NCBI GenBank assembly: GCA_951406725.2
Contig: OX597822.1
Coordinates: forward strand, 16,368,001-16,432,000
Source: Octopus vulgaris
Taxonomy: Eukaryota
Length of the DNA stretch: 64,000 bases
Reading direction: 5' to 3'
How positions within the stretch are numbered: position 1 is the first letter of the stretch; each line of letters starts with the position of its first letter. Of this stretch, positions 28,001 to 41,549 are shown piece after piece. The notes beneath the pieces were generated by a model. The model saw only the letters and a program-made list of their open reading frames with translations. It was not told the DNA's origin and searched no databases. The position numbers were made by a program, and so were the translations under genes.

Positions 28001-28286
28001 CGTCGACCAGTCTACCCTCCGGGTCTACGAATATCGTCTTGACTTCGAGATCCAGGGTCTTGTGAAAATGTACCGCGGTGCCACTGCCGCCCATCCTCGG
28101 CAGACTGGGAGAAAAATAAATGTTAAACTGTCCGCCAAACATGGACTTTAGGGCCCATGGCTCGTAGAGTCTGGTCTCACTTATGGCTATGATTCCCAAA
28201 TCGTGTGACTTGATGTCATTTAGGAGGTACCCTTGTTTCCAAGCAGACCCCAAGCCACGTGCATTCACACAACCAATCTTGACCAT
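25075..28286 (-). pseudogene. Tx1 ORF2 (APE endonuclease + reverse transcriptase + C-terminal CCHC), frameshifted
   Basis: MVKIGCVNARGL..IAISET, GNWNA, DHKFV, NFRPVT, VRQGCPLS, SAYADDV, CPRCG..ETVLH..QCP. Confidence 0.9.
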
Positions 28287-28329
28287 GATCCTATAGAGGT
28301 GTGTGCTTTAAAACACAAAAAGGAAGGTA

Positions 28330-29988
28330 CAGAGAGTTACTTACCTGTGTCGAATGATTTGGCTTCCTCGTCCTTTGATGTGTCTGGGAGGAGATTTTTA
28401 TAGAGTTTTTTTTTAAAGATACTTTTGAAAGCCCCCAAACGCATTTGGAAAGAGGGCTTTGAGTGTGTGGTGTTGTGTCTGTGTGATGTGGAGTATTTTG
28501 ATGTGTTTGGGTGGTGTAGTGCGTGGATGGTTGTTAGTTTTGAAGTCATCTTCACAGATGCTTGTGTGGGCTGTGATGTACTCCATTAGTTTTGAGTCTT
28601 TAGTGTGTGTTTTTGTGGTGTTGGTGCTGGTTTGGTTGTGTGATGAGCTTTCAGGGTTCAGATATCTCTCTGCTTTGGTTGCATTTTCTTGTTTGTTTTT
28701 TTTAATCTTTTTCTTTTACCCCCGGTAGCTATTTGCCACTCCGTCGAACTTTCGTCGTTAGACGAAAAGTCTGACGAATCGGAAGGGGGTAAAGGCAAAG
28801 CGTTTGGATCTATATGTGTGTTTGTAGAAGGTGTTATTGTTTTGTGTGGTGTTTGTGTTGTTGGGGTATTAGGGACAGAATTTGTCTTTTCGTCATTGTT
28901 ATTTGTTTTCTTGGCTGTTGTTTTTGGTGCTGGTGTTGGTGTTGGTCTGTCTTTTGATGTTGGTGGTGATGTTGTTTCTCTTGTTGGTTGCGATGTCGAA
29001 GGTAATTCTCTTCTTGGTGATGTGGTTGGTGAGGGGGGAACAGTTTTCGTATCGTCCGCTGTTTTCCCTGTCTTTTGGGGTGAAGGTGGTGTGGGTAGCA
29101 GGGGCTTTCTTCCAGGTTTTGGGAGTGGTTGCTGTTGCTGTTACCTATTTCTGACAGCAGTTGGGCACTCATATCTAAGGTGTGCCTCACTGTTGCACAA
29201 ATAGCACCTTGGCCTCCTGCCCTCCACCACTACATACAATTTTTTATCTTTTGCCAGTTGAACACTGGTTGCTAAATTGTTTATTGCTTCTTGGGAGATT
29301 TGAAGCAATATTTCGAGCTTTTTACCAGTCCAGCTTTCCTCTGGAATGTCAGCTATTTCTAAAATATCTGCTTCTTCTATATCGAAGCAGATGGCCGATA
29401 CCAGCCACTGGGTATCCACTACTGGAGGCACATTGTAGCTAGGTACCAATGTTACTCTGCGCCCAAGGTAGCTAGGTACCATTGTTACCTGGTCTGTGAG
29501 CAGAGTAAGCGTTGAAAACTTTTTCCTAGTTCTTCCGTATGGAAGCGAACTTGCACGGTAGCAAATTTACTTCCCCAATTCACATCATTTCGGAATTTCC
29601 ACACGGAAGAGAGGCACTCTTCAATTTTTTCTGTAGGTGGGCTTTCTGGTCTTTTTGTTTTAGTGTTGAGTATTCTGTAAATGAAGGTCTTCTTTTGTGT
29701 TTCTTCTATGATGTTCCGTGGAATATTTAAATGCATTGTGTCGCCTTCTTTGGTGAGCAAGGACTTTGTGTCTTGTATTTGTTGGTGAGTAAATTTTAGG
29801 ATTCTTCTTTTCGGTCGTATGGCTTCCGCGAAATTGTTTTTTGTGGAGGTGGTCGTGGTGATGTTTGTGGCAGAGACGTTCGTAGTAGTAGTAGATAACT
29901 GTGAAGTCGGGTTGTTTACCAGTTTTTGAGTGGAGGTCGCGATGTTAGCGTTCATGTTTGCATTTGCGCTTGTGTTGTTTCCCCCCAT
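28330..29988 (-). pseudogene. Tx1 ORF1 (gag-like, zinc knuckle), frameshifted
   Basis: VVVEGRRPRCYLCNSEAHLRYECP (CX2CX4HX4C) upstream of ORF2, with Thr/Gln-rich segments. Confidence 0.75.
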
Positions 29989-30468
29989 TTCCCCTCCTTT
30001 ATGAAATTGTGGCGAAAGCAGTATGGGGAAATCAACGCGTCGGTGTTGATGGTGGAATCATTGGTTGCGGTGACGGGGATTGGCCTTGCGACCTTGGTTT
30101 TGTTGTTGTTGTTGTTGTTGGTAGTGGTATCGTTAGCAGAGGGAGCAGTTGTAGTAGAAGAAGCTGTTATGGTGGTGGTGTCGGTGTTGATAGTGGAATC
30201 ATTGGTGGCGGTGACGGTGGATGGCCTGGCTTTGTAGTTGTTGCTGTTGTTGATGCTGATGGTGGTGGTGGTGTTAGCGGTGTTCGAATTCTCATGTTCT
30301 TGCTGTTTTGTTTGGCCGTCACGCTTGACTTGCGCTTTGGCCTCGTGGTGACTAGTAGCCAGTTTTGAAAATAAAAATGGCTAAAATAAAACCACGAAGC
30401 CTTTGAGAATTTTTTTAAATTTTGCCCACAAAGGGCGAAACTTTGTGTGGATGTTAATGAAAGTATGT

Positions 30469-30559
<91 letters not shown>

Positions 30560-30560
30560 G

Positions 30561-30607
<47 letters not shown>
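30469..30607 (+). repeat. (GATA)n array abutting the Tx1 5' end
   Basis: Read directly from the sequence. Confidence 0.95.
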
Positions 30608-30608
<1 letters not shown>

Positions 30609-31009
30609 TTCGTGATCAGAGGCGTTCGTACACTGAAGTACTACTGTATTAAATGAATATGAGAAAGACAGAAGATAAAGCATGACTTATCAGAGTTGTT
30701 CGAAAACCGAGGTTCTAGTGTATATCTATGTATTTCCTATGAATTATTACGTTTTTGTCGAGTCCGACACTTTATAAACACATTTGCTTAGACAGATGAT
30801 TTGGATATAGTCGTGTTTACAAACCAGTGGCGTAAACAGAATTTCAAACAGCAATTTTCCAACTGAACGAATATAATGAAGAGCTGGACAACTGCCTTCA
30901 ACAAACTTCCTGGGACTATAATGCTCATCTGACCAACTGTCAAACACGTTCAACACACAAGAAAACAACAATAGCTTAAACAATTGGTATCGAGTGGAAA
31001 ACATGGTTA

Positions 31010-31420
31010 ATACTTTGGCATAAAGCCATCAATTTCGTGTAATGGGCTAAGTCGATAACCTCGACACCAGTGCTCGAGTGGTACTTATTTTATCGACCCT
31101 CGAATGGAGGGAATGTACATTTAACGGCGATAGTGTTTGAACTCACAAAGTAAAACGGACGAAATGTCAATAAACATATTTTCCGGCGTGCTAACGATTT
31201 TGCCAGCTTGCCGAAGACTTAGCACTCCGGAAAACATGCTGAGCAGCATTTCGTCCGTCTTTACGTTCTGAGTTCAAATTTTGTCGCGGTCAACTTTGAC
31301 TCTCGTCTTTTTCAGGGTCGATAAAATAAGTAGCAGTTAAGAACTGGGGATCGATTTAAATGTCTTACATCTTACCCCAAAATTGCTGGCCATGAGCCAA
31401 AATTTGAAAGCAATATTAAC
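31010..31420. mobile_element. Two diverged SINEs of the 62415 family, head-to-head (minus about 31010-31213, plus about 31243-31420)
   Basis: Core GGGTCGATAAAATAAGTA and B-box GAGTTCAAA occur in both orientations. Confidence 0.75.
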
Positions 31421-32294
31421 AGCGTCATTTTGAGAAACATTCAGTTGTTTTTTTTTTCTTTCTTTCTCTTTTTCCGCATTTAATGTTGTGTCAAGTTAGA
31501 AGTTTTAACGTTGTTTTATTGTTCAGAAGTTACTTTTCTCTCCACCATATTTGATTCACTGTCTTTTTGTTTTGTTTTTTTTTCTCTCCCCACCTCTCTC
31601 TCTCATTTTATACGAGATTCTTTATCAGAGTTATTGATCTACTTCTAAGTTATCACAAAAAGCCGAACGAAATTTCTAAGTCTGCTTAACGACCAGGATT
31701 CACGTCACGTTTCTCATAAATACTTTTTCCTTTTTTTTTACGAAAGAAGTGTAGTGAAGAAAGTTATAAAAGCAATTGTGTGCCTACCATTCACAATTAC
31801 AGCCAAGGAGTCTTTACAACAACAACGACAAAGAAAAAACGAGACATTCCATCTGCTTTTGTTAAGGGTTCAGCAGGATGACACCTTTCACTGTCCTGCA
31901 TTTACTTTATATGCTTGTGGAAATTAAACTACAGCACCCACATTCTCAAAGACCCCGTACTTTTCAGTAAATATAAAACGAAATTTCAATCGATGTAGCT
32001 GAGATAGTTATAATGTCTTGTAATAGTAAGGAATATTGTTCCTTCGTTCTTACTATATTTCTTACATTTTTTCTTCTAACATAGAAGTAATTCTTCAAAT
32101 TTGAGCAGAAGAATTAGTCAGTTATATTAGTTACAACTGATATTTTTTTCGACTCCAAAGGACAAAAGAACCGGGGTTCAGACAACCTAGTGCCAACGTC
32201 AAACAACCTACATTGTACACACACAAACACACACGCACGCACACACACACACACGCACATACATACATACATAAATACATACATACATACATAC

Positions 32295-32694
32295 TCTCTC
32301 TCTTTACTCTTTTACTAGTTTCAGTCATTTGACTGCGGCCATGCTGGAGCATCGCCTTTAGTCGTGGAAATCGGTACCAGGAGTTATTCTTTCTAAGCCT
32401 AGTACTTTTGCCGAACTTTTGTCTCTTTTGCCGAACCGCTAAATTACGAGGTCGTAAACACACCAACATCGGTTGTCAAGCGATGTTCGGGGGGGGGGGG
32501 ATAAACACAGACACACAAACACATATATATATACATATATACGACGGGCTTCTTTAAGTTTCCGTCTACCAAATCCACTCACAATGCTTTGGTCGGCCCG
32601 GGGCTATAGTAGAAGACACTTGCCCAAGGTGCCACGCAGTAGGACTGAACCCGGAACCAAGTGGTTGGTAAGCAAGCTACACAGCCACTCCTGC
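32295..32694 (-). mobile_element. tRNA-derived CORE-like SINE with CR1-like tail
   Basis: GGTTCAGTCCTACTGCGTGGCACCTTGGGCAAGTGTC...GTGGATTTGGTAGACGGAAAC...GCTCCAGCATGGCCGCAGTCAAATGACTGAAAC. Confidence 0.85.
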
Positions 32695-32764
32695 ATACAT
32701 ACATGCATACATACATACATACATACATACATACATACATACATACATACATAAGGTGAGTCCA

Positions 32765-33256
32765 AAAAACCTTTGAATGTTGCAGTATATCACTCAGACA
32801 ACACCTGCTGAACAGTAAAGAAAGAAGTGAGTACATTTCATGCGTACTCAAAAGTGGAAGCAACAGCATTTTCAGGTATTCTCAGAATACAACTGTCTCG
32901 TGCGACCTAAAGAAGGCTGGACTGGCCTACCTAAACAAAAGCCTGGAGGAGAAGCAGACATCATTCCAGCAAAATGCAATACATGGGTACATATCCTGTA
33001 AGCTAGAGGAAAGCAACAGCATGAGTTGCTTCTCTCTGGACCTTCGCTATCCAGGGACAGGTGATAGCTACTAAATACCTGATAAACATGAATGACAAAG
33101 ATATCACCAAAGCTTCTATGTTGTAATAAAAATAATTCGACCCTGCTACAACTAGTGCGCAAGATATCGACCACACCATGAGAAGCTGTCCCAAAATATC
33201 TCCGAGTTGTTATCTGTCCCCTAGGCATCATATAGTTGCAAAGACTATTTACAAGG
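32765..33256 (+). mobile_element. R4/Dong-like RLE non-LTR retrotransposon fragment (zinc knuckle region)
   Basis: FAIQGQVIATKYL...QDIDHTMRSCPKIS..YLSPRHHIVAKTIY fits a degraded CCHC + RHD motif. Confidence 0.7.
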
Positions 33257-33822
33257 AAATCCGCAGGATTGTCGTATACATCAAAAATTTGTCGGGACCA
33301 GTATGCATTCCCATCTTTAAAAATAAAGAATACTGATGAAACAAGGAAAGCAGCAGTTCGGTACAAACTTGACTTTTTGCTTTCTCCTCCTTTGGTTTGT
33401 CCTCGAGGAGATCCCAGTACAGTTTCTTTGTGAGATATTTTTGGCATTTACCAACCGCACTGGGGAAAATGCCTTTGAGTGTGTGGTGCAGACTTTTGGA
33501 GATGTGTAATATTTTGATGTTGTCTGGTGGTGTTGTGTATGGGTGATTGTTTGTTTTTATGTCATCTTCTGTTATGTTTGTTTTTGATTGGATGTATTCC
33601 ATCAAATTTGTGTTTTTGGTGTCTATAGCTGTGAGCATGTTTGCTGTATATATTTTTGTGGTGTTGGTGTGGCTGTTGTTTGTGTTGGGTTTTGAAATGT
33701 CTTCGGGAGATGTATTTCCCCTGCTTTGTTCGTGTTTGCATTTGGTTTGGTTGTGTTTCTGCTCTTTATTTTCCTTCTTTTTGTAGCTATTTGCCATTCC
33801 TCACTGGTTTCGTCTTCAAAGT
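33257..33822 (-). mobile_element. Diverged Tx1 ORF1 C-terminal fragment
   Basis: Similar to 28340-28760 (CTTTGAGTGTGTGGTG, GTCATCTTC, GTAGCTATTTGCCA). Confidence 0.7.
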
Positions 33823-34287
33823 AATGCACTGTTGCAGAGACCAGCTGCCCAGCGGATGTGCAATCAAAAGTTCAGCGAAAAGAAAATAGTGATAGTGAAG
33901 TAACGCGGAACTTACAGCGCTTCCCCGCTAACCATGCATTTCCATTTGTACCTACTGGCATTGGTACATTGGGTTATGTACCAATAAATGTTCACTAAAG
34001 CATAGAAACACCAGGTTTTTGAAGAAAGAGTGAAACAAACTGGCGCAGATTCCCCCCAAATCCAATCTTTTAGTAGCACCGTGAAGTTTTGTAAGACATT
34101 CCATTTAAGATTCTTTAAAACGAATAGATGGACAGATTTGAGTGTGTGCATCAACAGCTCAACTAACACATCATCTAAGCCACATACTTACAAACACAGG
34201 CAACTCTCTTAACTCAAAAAGCCTTGTCGTTCTGTTAGCAGCGACCAACTTGAACGCTCTTAAGAATTTAAATAAAACTCAGAGGAA

Positions 34288-34355
<68 letters not shown>

Positions 34356-34359
<4 letters not shown>

Positions 34360-34638
34360 ATCCCGGACCGGGCTGCGTGTTGTGTTCTCGAGCAAGGCAC
34401 TTTATTTCACGTTGCTCCAGTTCACTCAGCTGTAGAAATGAGTTGCGACGTCACAGGTGCCAAGCTGTATCGACCTTTGTCTTTCCCTTGGATAACACTG
34501 GTGGCGTGGAGAGGGGAGGCTGGTATGCATGGGCGACTGCTGGTCTTCCATAAAACAACCTTGCCCGGACTTGTGTCTAGGAGGGTAACTTTCTAGGTGC
34601 AATCCCATGGTCATTCATGACCGAAGGGGGTCTTTATC

Positions 34639-34643
<5 letters not shown>
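34356..34643 (+). mobile_element. 5'-truncated CORE-like SINE
   Basis: B-box remnant TCGAATCCC, then GTGTTCTCGAGCAAGGCACTTTATTTCACGTTGCTCCAG..CTGTAGAAATG. Confidence 0.75.
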
Positions 34644-34674
<31 letters not shown>

Positions 34675-34939
34675 AATATTGAGGGAGATAAATTAATATT
34701 AATTTTAATATCAATTTAAAACCAGTAGTCCAGCATTCAAAAAATCTGAGGAGTCAGAGAAAATTCAAATATATGTGTATATTGGCAGGGCTGGCCTGCT
34801 AGGTAGCCGGCCAGAATGCTAGAAGAAGATCATCAACGATTAAACTACAGGGGAAATTCTCTAGAGGAAGAATTCAGCGAACACCAGAACCAACTTTGGC
34901 GGGCAGGACATATGAAAAATTAAATAAAAAACAGACTTA

Positions 34940-35015
34940 AATGTATACTTCGGTTTCGGTCTTAACAAAAGAATTACTTGCATAATTCAAGTGTCCGTGA
35001 CTTCATCAGTACATT
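34940..35015 (-). ncRNA. Type I HHR (canonical CUGAUGA core)
   Basis: Minus strand AATGTA-CTGATGA-AGTC...GAC-C-GAAA-CCGAAG-TA-TACATT. Confidence 0.75.
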
Positions 35016-35827
35016 CGGTCCTCGAGATGCAAACCGCAAGACTAACCCCAGCTCTCTGTGTCAAGACAGACACGTGCTTAGTCTTACTGATTACATCGGG
35101 AATAAAATTTCAAATGTCTTGGCTCTGGTGCGCTAAGAGACTCCTGAAGCGAAGGGCTGCAGTGAATAATTCACTGCGGGTAGTGCTTACAACTAGGGAA
35201 CGTATTTATTTAAATATTTAAATATTGAGGGAGATAAATTAATATTAATTTTAATATCAATTTAAAACCAGTAGTCCAGCATTCAAAAAATCTGAGGAGT
35301 CAGAGAAAATTCAAATATATGTGTATATTGGCAGGTCTGGCCTGCTAGGTATACATTTAAGTCTGTTTTTTATTTAATTTTTCATATGACCTGCCCGCCA
35401 AAGTTGGTTCTGGTGTTCGCTAAATTCTTCCTCCAGAGAATTTCCCTTGTAGTTTGATCGTTGATGATCTTCTTCTAGCATTCTGGCCGGCTACCTAGCA
35501 GGCCAGCCCTGCCAATATACACATATATTTGAATTTTCTCTGACTCCTCAGATTTTTTGAATGCTGGACTACTGGTTTTAAATTGATATTAAAATTAATA
35601 TTAATTTATCTCCCTCAATATTTAAATATTTAAATAAATACGTTCCCTAGTTGTAAGCACTACCCGCAGTGAATTATTCACTGCAGCCCTTCGCTTCAGG
35701 AGTCTCTTAGCGCGCCAAGGCCAAGACATTTGAAATTTTATTCCCGATGTAATCAGTAAGACTAAGCACGTGTCTGTCTTGACACAGAGAGCTGGGGTTA
35801 GTCTTGCGGTTTGCATCTCGAGGACCG

Positions 35828-35902
35828 AATGTACTGATGAAGTCACGGACACTTGAATTATGCAAGTAATTCTTTGTTAAGACCGAAACCGAGGTATACA
35901 TT
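35828..35902 (+). ncRNA. Type I HHR (canonical core), predicted GUA cleavage after 35896
   Basis: AATGTA-CTGATGA-AGTC...GAC-C-GAAA-CCGAGG-TA-TACATT, stem I 6 bp. Confidence 0.8.
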
Positions 35903-35992
35903 TAAATCTGTTTTTTATTTAATTTTTCATATGTCCTGCCCGCCAAAGTTGGTTCTGGTGTTCGCTGAATTCTTGCTCTAGAGAATTCCCTT

Positions 35993-37353
<1,361 letters not shown>

Positions 37354-38704
37354 GGTGGAGAGTAAGTCAAACCTTATATTTGACAAAACTTGAATAAAAT
37401 TATCTAAATAATCTTTCAAACGCTGTCTCCGAGCAATTTACAATATATTCTGAGTTCGATTTCTGCTAAGGTCAGCTTTATCTTTTTCATAGATTACTGG
37501 GAACGATTGACAAGCTTGCTTACCAGCCACATGGTTTCAGATTCAATTCTTGACACTGTGCTGGATGGTGTCCACATGTGCCCTCCCATCAAAATTTCCG
37601 TCCTTGAGTCTAAATCAAAAACCATTATAGTATAACTGTTACTAAAATACGTGGGTTTATCTTCAAAATTATCTTTTTTTATTTTGTTATATTTTTATTT
37701 GCTTTGTGCTTTTAACTAATTATTACGAAAGTCTGAAATTCGAACCAGAGAAATTCGAACCAGAGAATGCCAGATGAAATTTTGACTTAACAGTCAAGTC
37801 TTCAATTGTTTATGTCGTGTCTGGATCGTTCTGCTGTGCATAGAACCAATGCATACAACTATCTCTTGCTTTAATATATGAAGCTGGAAATATCTTATTA
37901 AAGTTGTCTCTAAGCTATGCTTGTCACCATTAGGGTCTGGGTCATTAAAGAAGTACACATGATATACACACACACACACAAATGTACATAGAAAAAGACA
38001 CACACTTACACACACATTCGTACGTTGAGGATGTAGAACCTCCTCTATCATTGTGACTTTGGTCATTTTAGTCTTGTCACCTTCGAAACTGAGAAAATCT
38101 GTCAATTCCAATGGTGATTTCGATAAATCAAACATTTCCATGGCGTATCAGTAAATATATTATATTTAAAAGGTCTTACAGGTATTGTGTTTAGCACCAA
38201 ATCGTCACTGTATAAGCAGATCTATAATGGATGGCGCTCCAACCATGATCAACCTATCTTACTGAAAGAATTTATTGAGGAAAATTATGCAACCCTTTTT
38301 TTATTGAGAGAAAAGGAAATCTTTTATCTTTCATCTTTTACTTGTTTCAGTCATTGGACGGCAGCCATGCTGGAGCACTGCCGAGGAGGTTTTAGTCAAA
38401 CAAACCAACCCCAGTAATTATTTCTTTCAAAATCTGGTGCTTGTTATTTTAGTCTCTTTTACCAAAGCGCTGCTAGAAACCGACGCTGGTTGTCAAGAGG
38501 CGTGTGTTGGGAACTAATTCAAGTACAGACGTACACATATGTGTGTATTATGCAGATGGCATTATAATCCAGGCTGTCTTCTTTAAGTACATCTGTTTAT
38601 TCCAGTAATCCAAAGACGGATGTAGGTGGTATATTTGCGTGAGATATGCATCGGAGGTAAAAATTCTGGAAAATATTCTTTGCAGAGTAATTACATATCA
38701 TGTA

Positions 38705-39003
38705 GAGGCGCAATGGCCCAGTGGTTAGGGCAGCGGACTCGCGGTTGGAGGATCGCGGTTTCGATTCCCAGACCGGGCGGTGTGCATGTTTATTGAGCGA
38801 AAACACCTAAAGCTCCACGAGTCTCTGGTAGAGGGTGGTGGCGACCCCTGTTGTACTCTTTCGCCACAACTTTCTCTCACTCTTTTTTTCCTGTTTCTTG
38901 AATAACGCTACAATGGACCGGCGTCCCGTCCAGCTGGTGTGAACACATATGCCACAGAAACCGGGAAACCGGGCCCATGAGCCTGGCTAGGCTTGAAAAG
39001 GGC
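38705..39003 (+). mobile_element. tRNA(Arg-like)-headed SINE, tail type 2
   Basis: Head and body shared with 19533, followed by a different 3' tail. Confidence 0.85.
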
Positions 39004-39086
39004 GAAAAAGAATTGCATATCATAACAAGAGACTGAAAAAAATGGTATTATTTGTTCACTATAACACGTCACATTTGCCACGAGGT

Positions 39087-39206
39087 ATTGCAAAATTCTA
39101 CATGTAGGAGAAACATGTAAGACAATTCTTATTAGTAATTCTTGAGAGACAGAATTTCTCATAGGAGTTGTCTTACATGTTTCTCCTACATGTACAATTT
39201 TGTAAT
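39087..39206. repeat. Fold-back palindrome, about 56-bp arms
   Basis: CATGTAGGAGAAACATGTAAGACAA / TTGTCTTACATGTTTCTCCTACATG. Confidence 0.85.
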
Positions 39207-39606
39207 TCTCATTAGCAGGTGAAACATGTGTAATGATGAAGGAACAATACCAAAACTGCTTTTTTTAATCTCCTGTTTTGATACATGTGTCTGTAATATA
39301 ATAATATATACAAGCATGCATGCATTCATGTACACATGTGGTAATGAAAGGTTCCTTAGAAAGACATTTAGTGATGTCTTTCTAAGGCATTATTTAATGA
39401 CTTTCTGAGGCTTCAAATATGGGTTTTGAAACTAAAGGAATCCCTTACTGAGACTATTTCAACTATAACGTACAAATTCATTTACAGATTTATGGGGTCA
39501 CTCACCGGAAATGCTAGAAATAAAGATATGTATGAATACATATATGCATGTATATATGAGTATGTGTGTTTATGTGTATATATGCATATATATATATATA
39601 TATATA

Positions 39607-39668
<62 letters not shown>

Positions 39669-39720
39669 TGTAAATAATATGGGTGGCTAATTTATAATTT
39701 TACAACCTAAAGACAGAAAA

Positions 39721-39907
39721 ATATACGTCACTAAAGGGAACAAGTGCACTAATCAGCAGAAGTATTGCTAGAAATAAGAGCCGAAACAACTCAATAGCCA
39801 CAACTGCTCATTAAGATAATACTTTTGTGGCTTTTGAGGTGCTTTGACTCTTATTTCTAGCAATACTGGTGCTGATTAGTGCACTTGTTCCCCTTAGTGA
39901 CGTATAT
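39721..39907. repeat. Fold-back palindrome, about 83-bp arms
   Basis: ATATACGTCACTAAAGGGAACAAGTGCACTAATCAGCA / TGCTGATTAGTGCACTTGTTCCCCTTAGTGACGTATAT. Confidence 0.9.
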
Positions 39908-39911
39908 GTAA

Positions 39912-39953
<42 letters not shown>

Positions 39954-41024
39954 CTGAATCTTGTAAATGAATAAAAAATGTATAATCCGTATATATATCA
40001 GCACTGCAGACGAAGCTCTTGTGTGTTTGATTATGTTAACGTAGGGGGAAAGACATTTATATTCAAACAGAAATATACTTCTTTACCAATTTCCCATTTA
40101 GTCCCCCATCCTTTAAAGCATTCCCCAGTCTACGTTTAGTATTTTGTAGGGAGTGTATACTCTGGTAAAACCCACCGAGCCTGCACATAACAGCAATCCA
40201 TTGACTGGAATCAGTAAAAAAAAGTAAAACAGATTTCTACAAAGAATTTTGGTATGGTTGCTTTATAAATGTTATGAGTGCTACCCGACTTTTGACGCTG
40301 TTTTGATTTTATATTCGAAAACATGACATAAAATGGCGCCTGCGTTTCAATAGAAAGTCGAATACATCATTTTATCACATTTAGTAATAGTTTATAGGAT
40401 TGTTTGCCTAAACTTAACAGTCTCAATTTCTCAGTTAAATTCCTAAGTGCAGTTTCAGTTTATAATGTGAGATAAACATATTTTTGTGATTCTACATTCA
40501 TTTTATGTCTCACATATTTATATTTTTTGCCGATTGCAGTGCAGTAAACTGAGAGAACCATTCGCCTTATCCGCCACACTTTTAATAAATCTACGCGGAA
40601 TTAGTTCAATAGACTTCAGAAGAACGTGCATTGTTTGGTGTGATAGGAATGCTTTTTCTAAGAGTGTAACTGACATAAATAACATCAGAGCATGTCATTT
40701 GAGAATCGAAACTACATTATAAATACTGATCGGCACAAATTTAGCAGAATTCCTCCGCTTTCTCTACCAATTGACACCAAAAGATCAAAACAAATTATTC
40801 TGCTGAGCTGAATAAAATATACCATGTAACATGTTCAAAGGATCTGAGAAATGTTGTTGTCATTTGTGTTCTGGTATTTCATTGCCATTATTTCCGCGAG
40901 CATCCAGGAATGTATGTTGCATATACATACACATATGCATATATACATATATAAATGCATGCATACACATATACATATATATACAAATATTTATGATATA
41001 TATGTGTTTGTATATATGTAGTAC

Positions 41025-41103
<79 letters not shown>

Positions 41104-41132
41104 TGTGTGTGTGTATATATATATAAAGTATG

Positions 41133-41173
<41 letters not shown>

Positions 41174-41549
41174 TCACATACATAGAGATATACGTATATA
41201 TGTAGGTATGCATCAAGAAAAAGGAGAGGAAATAAAAGGGAGAGTTAAGGGTTTGAATTCCAAACAAAATACTCAATGTACGTAGCACAGTTTGAATTTT
41301 TTTTAATGCTGCTGGTGTACTCTGTCGCAACTAAGAGTTTCACTTGTGCGAGAGTCTGGATAATAAATCATGTCCTATTTCTAAATGCGCACCTACACAC
41401 ATATATATGAAACGTACATACACGCTGACATAAACATAGACACAAACACACGCACACAAACATATGCACGAATATATATATATGTGGCGACTTGGTGTGC
41501 GCTGTGGGGAGGCGTGTGTGCATGTATGTATATATATATAATTATTAAG

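Larger units (their letters stand above)
24736..30468 (-). mobile_element. Near full-length degraded Tx1/L1-clade non-LTR retrotransposon, about 5.7 kb
   Basis: ORF1 with a zinc knuckle, ORF2 with APE, RT and CCHC, and a 3' UTR ending AATAAAGAAACATA. (TCTA)n lies on both sides. Confidence 0.93.
34668..35992. mobile_element. Non-coding retrozyme-like element: about 546-nt HHR monomer as 1.25 copies (minus) + 1.17 copies (plus), head-to-head, within (TA)n
   Basis: Direct period 546 (34681 vs 35227), inversion junction at 35347-35351, one HHR per monomer. Confidence 0.8.

Noticed and set aside
34991-35852. Duplicated 76-aa ORFs in the 546-nt element
   Set aside because: GTG start, antisense to the ribozyme strand, no motif. 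Treated as incidental.
37794-38141. 115-aa minus ORF with a plausible ATG context
   Set aside because: No recognisable homology, and it runs through a (TG)n tract.
38705-38780. tRNA-Arg-like sequence
   Set aside because: It is a SINE head: no proper acceptor stem, and it continues into the SINE body.
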